Virus record (IMG/VR): IMGVR_UViG_3300043960_000133
Location: 25,205 to 89,204 of that record
Strand: one strand, 5' to 3'
Length of the DNA: 64,000 nt
Source of the DNA: a virus
Lineage: Duplodnaviria; Caudoviricetes
A model generated the notes under the pieces. That model did not search any database and was not told the DNA's origin. It saw only the letters and a list, made by a program, of their open reading frames with translations. Position 1 is the stretch's first letter; every line of letters begins with the position of its first letter. Shown one piece after another: positions 46,200 through 54,607 of the stretch. The translations under genes and the position numbers were made by a program.

Positions 46200-46752
46200 G
46201 TGGATGCGCCAAAGTGAAGTCAACGTATTGGACTATCTGCCCCGGTTCCTGGCGAAAGACCCGATGTTCAAAAAAGCGGCGGATACCTGCAGCACGGAGC
46301 ATAACCGTTTGCGGCTAGCTTTGCAAAATCTGGCGGATAACTTCTTCGTGAACACGGCCACCTGGGCGTTGCCGCTCTATGAATCATTCCTTGGCATCAA
46401 GCCCGGTGACGGGGATACCGATGAGTTCCGCAGACAGCGGATTCTGTTCAAGTTGCAGCATGTGGATGTGTCCACGGTGGATTTTATGAACTCTATCATT
46501 AATTTGTACAGCGTTGGGCATATCGAGGAAGTGAACGAAGAATATTATTTCAAGGTGTACTGCATTATGAATGACACGGATACCGAAACGCTCTCGAAGC
46601 TGATTGCCCAGCTCGATATCTACAAGCCGGCCCATCTGGGCTATGCTATCTATCTGGGCTATTCCTGGAACGGGAAGATCCACTGGGATGGCGAGGCGAC
46701 GTTCTCGACAGCGACCATCGTATCCGGGAAAGGAGTGAAGGCAAGTGGCTGA
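46186..46752 (+). CDS. Baseplate protein (DUF2313/XkdU-like)
   Basis: TATWALPLYE, YKPAHLGY. Confidence 0.8.
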   Translation: MSANEWMRQSEVNVLDYLPRFLAKDPMFKKAADTCSTEHNRLRLALQNLADNFFVNTATWALPLYESFLGIKPGDGDTDEFRRQRILFKLQHVDVSTVDFMNSIINLYSVGHIEEVNEEYYFKVYCIMNDTDTETLSKLIAQLDIYKPAHLGYAIYLGYSWNGKIHWDGEATFSTATIVSGKGVKASG

Positions 46753-47728
46753 GTATATCAAGGAGAAGTGGTCGGAGGATTTCCCTGACCGTGCCGGACA
46801 GGAAGTACGTCCCACAGAAGCGGTGGATAATACCCTGGATTATGATGTGCTGTTTCCGCAGTATCTTTCAGAAGACCCGGTGGTATTCAACCAGCAGAAC
46901 AAGACGGTGTCTCAGCTGGTCAGCAATGATGCCCGGCTCTATGAGCGAATTTCTGCTACGGCAGCCGACATCAATGCCCATCTGACCGATGCCAAGGCCC
47001 ATGCCAGCGGCATTAGCGGCAATGCAGCCAGTGCCTCGAAGCTGCAGACGGGTCGGAAGATTCACCGGGTTCTGTTTGACGGCACGAAGGATATTACCCT
47101 GCCAGATTTCAGCGGCTGCGGTGAAAAAACAGCGGGTCAGAGCGGGATGGTCCCTGCACCGGCTTCCGGGAAGCTGAATACGGTCCTGCACAGCAACGGA
47201 AGCTGGGGCAAGGTTACCTACGCTGATATGGATGAGGAAGCTGTGGCCAAGATTCAGGCCTGCCCGTTTCCCGTCAATGCTATCTATATTTCTACAGACG
47301 GGAAGAATCCCGCAAACTATTGGCCGGGAACGACCTGGGTAGCTTTCGCTATGGGGCGTTGTCTGATTGGGGCTGGGTCAGCCGACAGCGGAGTCATGTA
47401 TAAGGCCGGGGACAAGCTGGGTGAAGAAAAGCATACCCTTACGATTCCAGAAACTCCTGCCCATGGACATGCCGTGGGCAACAGTGGGAATCATCGGCAC
47501 TGGTCTTCGGGTGCACTTCCCAGGAACCTTCAGTGGGATGCTTGTGACGGGAATGATGCGCCAACGGCTATCGGGTATGGTGATGGCTGTTGGCATGGAA
47601 ACCAGGTAGACGGGCATACTTCATGGGATGGAAATCATTCCCATAGTCTTTCTTCGACAGGTGGCAACCAGGCCCATAACAACATGCAGCCGTCTATCGT
47701 CGTGTACATGTTCCAGCGTACAAAATAG
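46745..47728 (+). CDS. Tail fibre protein
   Basis: PFPVNAIYIS...GRCLIGAG...GEEKHTLTIPETPAHGH...HNNMQPSIVVYMFQR. Confidence 0.85.
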   Translation: MAEYIKEKWSEDFPDRAGQEVRPTEAVDNTLDYDVLFPQYLSEDPVVFNQQNKTVSQLVSNDARLYERISATAADINAHLTDAKAHASGISGNAASASKLQTGRKIHRVLFDGTKDITLPDFSGCGEKTAGQSGMVPAPASGKLNTVLHSNGSWGKVTYADMDEEAVAKIQACPFPVNAIYISTDGKNPANYWPGTTWVAFAMGRCLIGAGSADSGVMYKAGDKLGEEKHTLTIPETPAHGHAVGNSGNHRHWSSGALPRNLQWDACDGNDAPTAIGYGDGCWHGNQVDGHTSWDGNHSHSLSSTGGNQAHNNMQPSIVVYMFQRTK

Positions 47729-47740
47729 GAGGTGAGAAGT

Positions 47741-47998
47741 ATGGCTGAATGGGTACAGATGGTGGGCTCCCTGGTATCCGTCTTGATGCTTTGCGGCATC
47801 ATTTTTAACTTTAGCGTCATCAAGCCGCTGAACCAGTCGGTGCGGAGCCTTCAGGAATGCATCGACCATCTGCGGCGTCAGCTTTCCGAAACGGAAGCCA
47901 AGCGCCAGGAGATGGCGGAGCGCCTTTCCCGCGTGGAGGAGGCAACGGATCATGTGCGGCACCGTCTGGATGTAATCGAGCAGCGGCAGATTGAATAA
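47741..47998 (+). CDS. TM + coiled-coil protein (holin- or spanin-like)
   Basis: One N-terminal TM then coiled coil; RBS GGAGGTG. Confidence 0.5.
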   Translation: MAEWVQMVGSLVSVLMLCGIIFNFSVIKPLNQSVRSLQECIDHLRRQLSETEAKRQEMAERLSRVEEATDHVRHRLDVIEQRQIE

Positions 47999-48010
47999 GG
48001 AGGTGGCAGG

Positions 48011-48379
48011 ATGGGCTTTTCAGTCATTCGGAACCGGATTTCCATTACCCGTGGGGATTCGGCACAGATTACGCTGACCATTCGGGACCGGGTGACGGGC
48101 AAACCGTTTGTGCCGGGAGCGGATGACCGGCTTACATTTACCGTCAAACGGGCAGTGACGGATAAGGAAGTCCTGATAATAAAGACGCTGGATAACGGCA
48201 TCATACGTCAGGAAAGTGACTGCCTTTTGCTTTTGTTGCCGGAAGATACGGCAGTACTTCCCTTCGGAACCTATCGGTACGATGTGGAATTAGTGCTGGT
48301 TTCCGGCTATACGGATACGGTCATCCCGCCCAGCCCGTTTATTGTGACCGGGGAGGTGACGGCCCGTGGAAAGGTATAA
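48011..48379 (+). CDS. BppU-like baseplate upper protein
   Basis: ITRGDSAQITL...GTYRYDVEL. Confidence 0.7.
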   Translation: MGFSVIRNRISITRGDSAQITLTIRDRVTGKPFVPGADDRLTFTVKRAVTDKEVLIIKTLDNGIIRQESDCLLLLLPEDTAVLPFGTYRYDVELVLVSGYTDTVIPPSPFIVTGEVTARGKV

Positions 48380-48596
48380 AGGAAGCCTGGAGGGAAAAAG
48401 CACGCTCTGCGGATTGTTTTCTCTGCCACAGGCCCCGTCTGGGGACTATCAGGAAAAACGTATCGTTCCGTCCGATGAGGAGCAGGTCATCACTGCCGAC
48501 AGCGGCTATGCGGCCCTTTCCCGGGTGACGGTATCTGCCATCCCGTCGAACTATGGTAGGATCAGCTTTAATGGCTATGAGTTGAAAGTCGAGTAA
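48366..48596 (+). CDS. Small tail-associated hypothetical protein
   Basis: Overlapping start/stop within the tail operon. Confidence 0.55.
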   Translation: MERYKGSLEGKSTLCGLFSLPQAPSGDYQEKRIVPSDEEQVITADSGYAALSRVTVSAIPSNYGRISFNGYELKVE

Positions 48597-48609
48597 AGGA
48601 GCAATCAGA

Positions 48610-49116
48610 ATGGCGAAAAATGTAAAAATCAATTCCGTTATCTATGCAGAGGTGCCGCAGGTCTCGATTCCTCTAGCAGAGGGGGAAGGTACCGCTGTCT
48701 TTTATGATACGACTGGGGCTACGGCGGCATCGGGCGATATCCTGACGGGGAAATCCGCTTTTATCGGGAACGGCTTTGTCGCGGGTTCCATGTCCAATAA
48801 CGGAGCCGTCAGCGGCAGTATCAGCAAGGCCGATGGCACGTATACCATCCCGGCCGGGTTCCATAACGGCAAAGGGGCAGTCCGCATCAGCAGCGAGGAA
48901 CAGGCCAAGCTGGTCAGCGGGAATATCAAGGCTGGCGTGACCATCCTCGGCGTGTCCGGCAAATCCAGTGTCGTCGATACGGGCGATGCCACAGCGGCAG
49001 CCGGCACCATCATCAGCGGCAAGACGGCCTACGTCAATGGCACCAAAGTGACCGGGAGCCTGACAACCGTGACCGTATCCCAGGACAGCCTGACCAAGGT
49101 GCTGACGGTCGAGTAA
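48610..49116 (+). CDS. Tail fibre/adhesin-like protein
   Basis: Repeated DATA-A-DI--GK-A-NG units. Confidence 0.6.
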   Translation: MAKNVKINSVIYAEVPQVSIPLAEGEGTAVFYDTTGATAASGDILTGKSAFIGNGFVAGSMSNNGAVSGSISKADGTYTIPAGFHNGKGAVRISSEEQAKLVSGNIKAGVTILGVSGKSSVVDTGDATAAAGTIISGKTAYVNGTKVTGSLTTVTVSQDSLTKVLTVE

Positions 49117-49129
49117 AGGGGATGAAGCA

Positions 49130-50284
49130 ATGAAAGTTGATGTGAAGATTGCCGGTGCCAGCTACAGCGAGGTGCCGGCTGTATTGCTTCCCCTGAAGAA
49201 CGGCGGCAGAGCGCGTTTTTGTGAAGTATCTGATACGACGGCGAAAGCCTCTGATGTAGCTGAGGGCAAGACCTTCTATGATGCAGACGGGAACTATACG
49301 GAAGGGACCAGCACGGGAAGCAGTGGCACCACAGTAGGAGCAGCACCATATCAAGTCACCATTCAGCAATCGGAGCATCAGACGATTTCCGCTGTCTTTA
49401 CGCCGCAGATTATCGGCTCGGTATCGTCCCTGGAACGGTCGGGCAGTACCTCTCAAAATCTGGCATCGGAAACGAAGGTGGCGCTGGGATATGCGTTCCA
49501 GATCCAGGTGAAAGCAGCTGAAGGATGGGTCAGAGGCAAGGCCACCGTATCAGGAATCTTGAAGAATGGCCTGATTTGCGGCGATGCAGTGATTACTGCG
49601 ACAGAGGCTACGGATATCACCGTTCCGGCTGGCTATATCCCGGTGTATCTGTACCAGAATCAGCTGTATATGGATGAATCCCTGGACAGTCCCTTGAAAT
49701 CCAAATCGCAGATTGCATCAGGGAGCAGTCTTTATGTAGTAGATGTTTCTCATGATGCTGTCTCCCTGCATCAGTTGCTGGTTCCATCCAGCGAAAACAA
49801 AGTGGGGATTGGCTATGATGAAATCTGCATAGATCTTAGCAATGTTACAAAAGATAATATTACCGATCTAGGGTCAGCATTTCTGGGCAACAGCAATCTG
49901 GAATCAGCTGATCTGAGCGGTTTCGGTGATATTGATACGATTTACAGTTTGTTTGCTTACTGTACTAGCCTGAAATGCGTATACTTTGATACCCTGTGCA
50001 ATGTCGGGAAGGGCGAGCTCAATACGTATCATACCCTTTCGACCTGCAAGAACCTGGAATACCTCGTCCTGGACAATGTGAACGTGGACTTTGTCGTAGA
50101 GGATGTGAACGATGCAGAACGCGGTATTCCTGCTGAGACCAAAATCCTGGTTCCCCGGGCTGCTTTGGATGCATATAAAGCAGACAGCCACTGGAGTTCG
50201 GCGGCAGACCGCATCCTGGCCATGGAGGACTTCGGTATCGTCCGCAAGGACGGAACCGTGACCGTCACACCAAAGGCGGTGTAA
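49130..50284 (+). CDS. Tail-associated protein with BspA-like leucine-rich repeats
   Basis: N-terminus similar to 48610 protein; C-terminal DLSNV...AFLGNSNLESADLS...FAYCTSLK; YKADSHW. Confidence 0.65.
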   Translation: MKVDVKIAGASYSEVPAVLLPLKNGGRARFCEVSDTTAKASDVAEGKTFYDADGNYTEGTSTGSSGTTVGAAPYQVTIQQSEHQTISAVFTPQIIGSVSSLERSGSTSQNLASETKVALGYAFQIQVKAAEGWVRGKATVSGILKNGLICGDAVITATEATDITVPAGYIPVYLYQNQLYMDESLDSPLKSKSQIASGSSLYVVDVSHDAVSLHQLLVPSSENKVGIGYDEICIDLSNVTKDNITDLGSAFLGNSNLESADLSGFGDIDTIYSLFAYCTSLKCVYFDTLCNVGKGELNTYHTLSTCKNLEYLVLDNVNVDFVVEDVNDAERGIPAETKILVPRAALDAYKADSHWSSAADRILAMEDFGIVRKDGTVTVTPKAV

Positions 50285-50287
50285 GGC

Positions 50288-50467
50288 ATGTTTGAGAAAG
50301 TGAATATCCCCGACTGCATCGTCATCATCGGGCTGGTCACAGCACTGATCCTGGCGATTTTTTATACCCTCAACGAGCTGGCCATGTCCATCGCCTCCGG
50401 CTTGCTCGGTTACATCGGCGGCACTGTGAAGTCCGCCGTTCATCAGAAAGGAGAAGAAAAGCAATGA
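50288..50467 (+). CDS. Holin (59 aa, two TM)
   Basis: MFEKVNIPDCIVIIGLVTALILAIFYTLNELAMSIASGLLGYIGG...; stop overlaps the amidase start; below the ORF-track cutoff. Confidence 0.7.
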   Translation: MFEKVNIPDCIVIIGLVTALILAIFYTLNELAMSIASGLLGYIGGTVKSAVHQKGEEKQ

Positions 50468-51021
50468 AAGTATTCCTGAACCCCGGCCATGCGCCGGGCG
50501 GCCATCCAGACCCGGGAGCCGTCAACCGTGAAACGAACCTGCGTGAATGTGATGTGGCTCTGGCTGTAGGTGAATCTGCCGCAAGCTACTTGAATGCGGC
50601 CGGAGCAGAAAACGAGCTGCTCCAGTCCGACAGCCTGGAAGAAATCTGCGAGGCCGCCAATACCAGTGATGCCGACATCTTCGTATCCATCCATTGCAAT
50701 GCCGCCGAAGCCGAGGAAGCCAACGGCACAGAAACCTGGGCCTGCGCCGGCAGTTACCGTGGCAGCATGCTGGCCAACTGCATCCAGAGCCAGCTGGTCG
50801 ATGCCCTTGGAACCACCGACCGTGGCGTAAAAATCGCTAGGCCTGGCGTCAACGGCCTGTATGTCCTCACGAACACGGACATGCCAGCCGTCCTGGTCGA
50901 GCTAGCCTTCATCACCAATCCCCGCGATGAAGATATCCTGGCCAATGCCCAGGATGCCCTGGCCAGGGCTGTCGCCAGGGGAGTGACAGATTATGAACAG
51001 CTGATCCTGGGAGGTAAATGA
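50464..51021 (+). CDS. N-acetylmuramoyl-L-alanine amidase (Amidase_3) endolysin
   Basis: LNPGH, E, SIHCNA, VLVELAF Zn-binding and catalytic motifs. Confidence 0.92.
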   Translation: MKVFLNPGHAPGGHPDPGAVNRETNLRECDVALAVGESAASYLNAAGAENELLQSDSLEEICEAANTSDADIFVSIHCNAAEAEEANGTETWACAGSYRGSMLANCIQSQLVDALGTTDRGVKIARPGVNGLYVLTNTDMPAVLVELAFITNPRDEDILANAQDALARAVARGVTDYEQLILGGK

Positions 51022-51290
51022 CTATGAACCGTGAAGAAATCAAGAAAGCCGTCGCCAATGCCGTCGTAGACTTTGCCAAAAGTGAAGCCGAAGCGGCCAT
51101 CAAGTCCATCGACCTGGATGATGTCCAGAAGTTGGTGGAAGCGCAGATGAAGAACCTCACAGACCCGCTGGAAGCCGAAATCCAGACCACCACCAGCTGG
51201 TGGGTCAAAATCCGTAACCGCCTCTACATCACCCTGATGCAGCAGGCGGAAAAAGCCATCGTGGCTGATGTAAAACAGAAGATTGCATGA
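51018..51290 (+). CDS. Small helical protein, last gene of lysis operon
   Basis: Translationally coupled to the amidase; followed by a terminator. Confidence 0.7.
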   Translation: MTMNREEIKKAVANAVVDFAKSEAEAAIKSIDLDDVQKLVEAQMKNLTDPLEAEIQTTTSWWVKIRNRLYITLMQQAEKAIVADVKQKIA

Positions 51291-51292
51291 GC

Positions 51293-51338
51293 AAAGCCGG
51301 TACGGAACATCGGGAGGGATGTTCTGTGCCGGCTTTTT
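51293..51338 (+). terminator. Intrinsic terminator ending late operon of phage 2
   Basis: AAAGCCGGTACGGAACATC / GATGTTCTGTGCCGGCTTT stem + T-run. Confidence 0.8.
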
Positions 51339-51750
51339 GTGTTATACTAAATTAGTTATACAGCACCTTACACCTTTTAGGCAGCATACCAAAACTCTTC
51401 GGACAATTTCACCAGCGTATTGAAAACACTTGTAGATTTCCCCATAGTTTCGGAGTTTGCCCTTATAGCAATTTCCTAAATTAAAATTTCTTAAGAAACT
51501 GATGATTAAATGAGAATCTTACTCTCTTATCTACCTTCCCTTAGGGTACCCTCTAGGGGAAGGTATGCTCTCATCTACTCAGTAGCAAGTGGCAAAACCT
51601 TGCATTAATCAGTGTTTCCTTGCAGAAATTCTGCGGTCCGTATTTTTTATTTATGTAAAAGGTCTTTCGTTTTGACCATATTTTTTCAATGGGGTTCATA
51701 TTCGAACTGTGAGAGGAAAAGATATTTCAGAAACCCGCTCTATGTGTACG

Positions 51751-51774
51751 AATAGTTGTCAGTGAGAGAAATGA
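51751..51774 (+). repeat. 24-bp direct repeat copy 1 (contains IS-like left end TGTCAGTGAGAGAAATGA)
   Basis: AATAGTTGTCAGTGAGAGAAATGA identical to 59782-59805. Confidence 0.9.
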
Positions 51775-51780
51775 AACTAT

Positions 51781-52920
51781 TTGGGGAGTGATATGATGTC
51801 CGGTAGGAAAAAAAGCATAATCAGTAAAGCAAGTCCTCATACGATTAAGAAATTTGAGTTAATTGAGGAATATATAAAATCGTGGGCACAGAAGTTGCTA
51901 CTGACTGACTCTTGCAATGGGGTGATCTTTATAGACTGCATGTGCAACAGCGGTGTATACACTGATGTTGCCGGACAATTGGTAAAGGGGACGGCAGTAC
52001 GCATATCAGAAGCACTTAGGGAAGTCGCAAGAACCTATACGGATAAAAATATATATATTTACTTGAATGATATAGATAAGGAACGAGTAGCTGAACTGGA
52101 AAGTCATCTTCCGCAGGATGAGCGTAACTTTAAGATTGTCACCTCATGTAGTGATGCGCACGAATTGCTCCGAACTATCGGACCACAGTTATATGGAACC
52201 GGGCACCTGCATTATTTCTTGCTTTACGATCCATATGATGCGAACATTGACTGGGAGGCACTTCTGCCTTTTTTCCGTAACTGGGGTGAAGTTATGATTA
52301 ATCACATGGCCTCAGACCCGGTGAGGGCGATTTCAAGCGCAAAAAAAAACACAACAAAGGAAAAGTATGCGAATACTTATCTGAAAGATTTTGAGGAGCT
52401 AGTACCGTACGGAAGCAATAAGAAAGCCTATGAGGACAGAGTGGAGAAAATTATAAAATCACTGAAAGGACCGCGTAGATACTACGTATCGGCATTTCCG
52501 TTCTATAATAGGCAGAATTCACTTGTCTATAATCTGATTCATTGCACGAGCAATATAGAAGGCTTTAAGCTATACAAAAAGAGCGCTTGGAAAGTTTTTG
52601 GAGCACAGTCCTCTACAAAGCATTTGGCTGCGACTAAGTACTGGTCAGTTAATCTTTTTGGAGAAATTTCGGAAGAGGAAGATAAATGCTGTTTGCAGGT
52701 TTTTGATATTGCGAAATATCTGCAGCGATGGCTGAAAGGCCGCAAGCAAGTACCTCTTGATGAGCTATGGAAAATTTTAGATAACCATCCGATTTTTCCT
52801 TCAGAGGGATTTCGTAAGGAGATAAAAAGTAATCTTATTGATTGCTTTGGTGCGAAAGTTGAGCAGATTGTTAATTCTGAGACAGGAAAGAAGAAAACAG
52901 TGATCTCTTTATCTTCGTGA
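51781..52920 (+). CDS. TcmP-like (three-Cys-motif partner) SAM-dependent protein 1 with C-terminal extension
   Basis: HTIKKFELIEEYIKSW, FIDCMCNSG, LLYDPY; likely start ATG 51793 or 51796. Confidence 0.65.
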   Translation: MGSDMMSGRKKSIISKASPHTIKKFELIEEYIKSWAQKLLLTDSCNGVIFIDCMCNSGVYTDVAGQLVKGTAVRISEALREVARTYTDKNIYIYLNDIDKERVAELESHLPQDERNFKIVTSCSDAHELLRTIGPQLYGTGHLHYFLLYDPYDANIDWEALLPFFRNWGEVMINHMASDPVRAISSAKKNTTKEKYANTYLKDFEELVPYGSNKKAYEDRVEKIIKSLKGPRRYYVSAFPFYNRQNSLVYNLIHCTSNIEGFKLYKKSAWKVFGAQSSTKHLAATKYWSVNLFGEISEEEDKCCLQVFDIAKYLQRWLKGRKQVPLDELWKILDNHPIFPSEGFRKEIKSNLIDCFGAKVEQIVNSETGKKKTVISLSS

Positions 52921-52945
52921 GACTGGATTCAAATAAATGAGGTGA

Positions 52946-53815
52946 TTGGAATATATGGCAACGTCGCAGAAATTTGGTGGCAATTGGACTGAGGAGAAGC
53001 TGAATATCTTTACCAGCTATCTGGACGCATACTTGATTGCACTGCAAAACCAGAAATTCAAGAAGATTTATATAGACGCTTTTGCTGGAACCGGAGAGAT
53101 TGAGACAAGCGACGGCGGGCAGTATCTTGTGGGCTCCGCTAAGCGTGCACTGGCGTCTGAGAAGAAGTTCGATCACTATTATTTTATAGAAGCGGACTCT
53201 CAGAAGGCAGGAGAACTTCAGGATATGATATACGCCGAGTTTCCGCGGATGGGACGAATTGTTACGATTTACTGTGGCGATGCGAATGATAAGCTCGCGG
53301 AGATTATTAGCAGCGTAGACTGGAGCTATAACAGAGGATTGCTGTTCTTAGACCCATATGCGACGCAGGTAAATTGGACTACGCTTGAAAATGTAGCGCA
53401 GACGAAATCGATAGATGCATGGTACCTGTTTCCGTTCTCCGCACTTGAACGGATGCTGCCGAAAAACGGAAAGTACGATAAATGGGAGGATTGCATAGAT
53501 CGATTGCTTGGAGATTCCGGATGGCGAGAGGAATTCTATAAGAAAGATCCTCAGATGACGCTTTTTGACCTATTCCCGGAGCCCGGACAGAGCGATGGTG
53601 AGCAGATGGTTAAAGACGCAAATCCAGATCACATAAAGGAGTATATCCTTTCTCGGCTTGGGACAATCTTTCCATGCGTGTCAAAGCATGCACGGATTTT
53701 CAGGAACAGCAGGAACTCGCCGATGTTCCTGTTCTGTTTTGCCATTGCGAGTGAGAGTCCGAAAGCGCAGGGACTTGCATTGCGGATGGCAGATTACATA
53801 TTAAAGAACAAGTAG
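52946..53815 (+). CDS. TcmP-like SAM-dependent protein 2
   Basis: GGNWTEEKL, YIDAFAGTG (motif I-like), LLFLDPY. Confidence 0.75.
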   Translation: MEYMATSQKFGGNWTEEKLNIFTSYLDAYLIALQNQKFKKIYIDAFAGTGEIETSDGGQYLVGSAKRALASEKKFDHYYFIEADSQKAGELQDMIYAEFPRMGRIVTIYCGDANDKLAEIISSVDWSYNRGLLFLDPYATQVNWTTLENVAQTKSIDAWYLFPFSALERMLPKNGKYDKWEDCIDRLLGDSGWREEFYKKDPQMTLFDLFPEPGQSDGEQMVKDANPDHIKEYILSRLGTIFPCVSKHARIFRNSRNSPMFLFCFAIASESPKAQGLALRMADYILKNK

Positions 53816-53833
53816 GCGGAGGATGATAGCGGC

Positions 53834-54598
53834 TTGAAGACGATAAAACGAAAATCCATGCTTTATCAAACAGGGGTAGAGTATGGTGACTACACAATGA
53901 ATCACGTGCAGGGCTGCGCACATGGGTGCAAATATCCATGTTACGCCTTCCTGATGAAAAAGCGATTTGGGCAAATTAAAGATTATGAGAGCTGGCTTGA
54001 GCCGGTTCTTGTATCAAACACGCTTGAATTGCTGGATAAAGAGATACCGAAACTCAGAGATAAGATTCAGTCTGTGCAGCTTTGCTTTACTACAGATCCG
54101 TTTATGGAGGGATATCCGGAGGTATCCCAGATGAGCATTGCGGCTATTCGTAAGCTAAACGAGGCTGGTATTAGATGCACCACGCTGACGAAGGGCCTGT
54201 TACCCATAGAGTTGTCAGAGCTTTCTCCGGAAAATGAATACGGGATTACACTAATTACCCTGAACGAGGCATATCGAGAACAGATGGAACCGGGAGCAGC
54301 TCCCTGCTCAGAGAGATTGGCAGCTTTGAAAGCCTTACATGAGGCTGGATGTAAGACATGGGTAAGCATGGAACCTTATCCTACACCGAACATGGTCAAG
54401 CAGGATCTGAAGGAGCTGCTGGAAGAAGTATCCTTCACAGACCGGATCATTTTCGGTAGGACAAACTATAGCAAGGTAGCAAACGCTTACGAAGGGCATA
54501 AGCATTTTTACAATGAGTGCGCAGCAGAGGTGATTTCCTTCTGTCAAGAGCGCGGCATTGATTACCATATTAAGAAAAAAACAATAACGGAAGAATGA
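53834..54598 (+). CDS. Radical SAM enzyme (SPL-like)
   Basis: GCAHGCKYPCY (CX3CX3C), FTTDPF, TLTKG, WVSMEP. Confidence 0.8.
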   Translation: MKTIKRKSMLYQTGVEYGDYTMNHVQGCAHGCKYPCYAFLMKKRFGQIKDYESWLEPVLVSNTLELLDKEIPKLRDKIQSVQLCFTTDPFMEGYPEVSQMSIAAIRKLNEAGIRCTTLTKGLLPIELSELSPENEYGITLITLNEAYREQMEPGAAPCSERLAALKALHEAGCKTWVSMEPYPTPNMVKQDLKELLEEVSFTDRIIFGRTNYSKVANAYEGHKHFYNECAAEVISFCQERGIDYHIKKKTITEE

Positions 54599-54607
54599 GG
54601 TGGCGTT

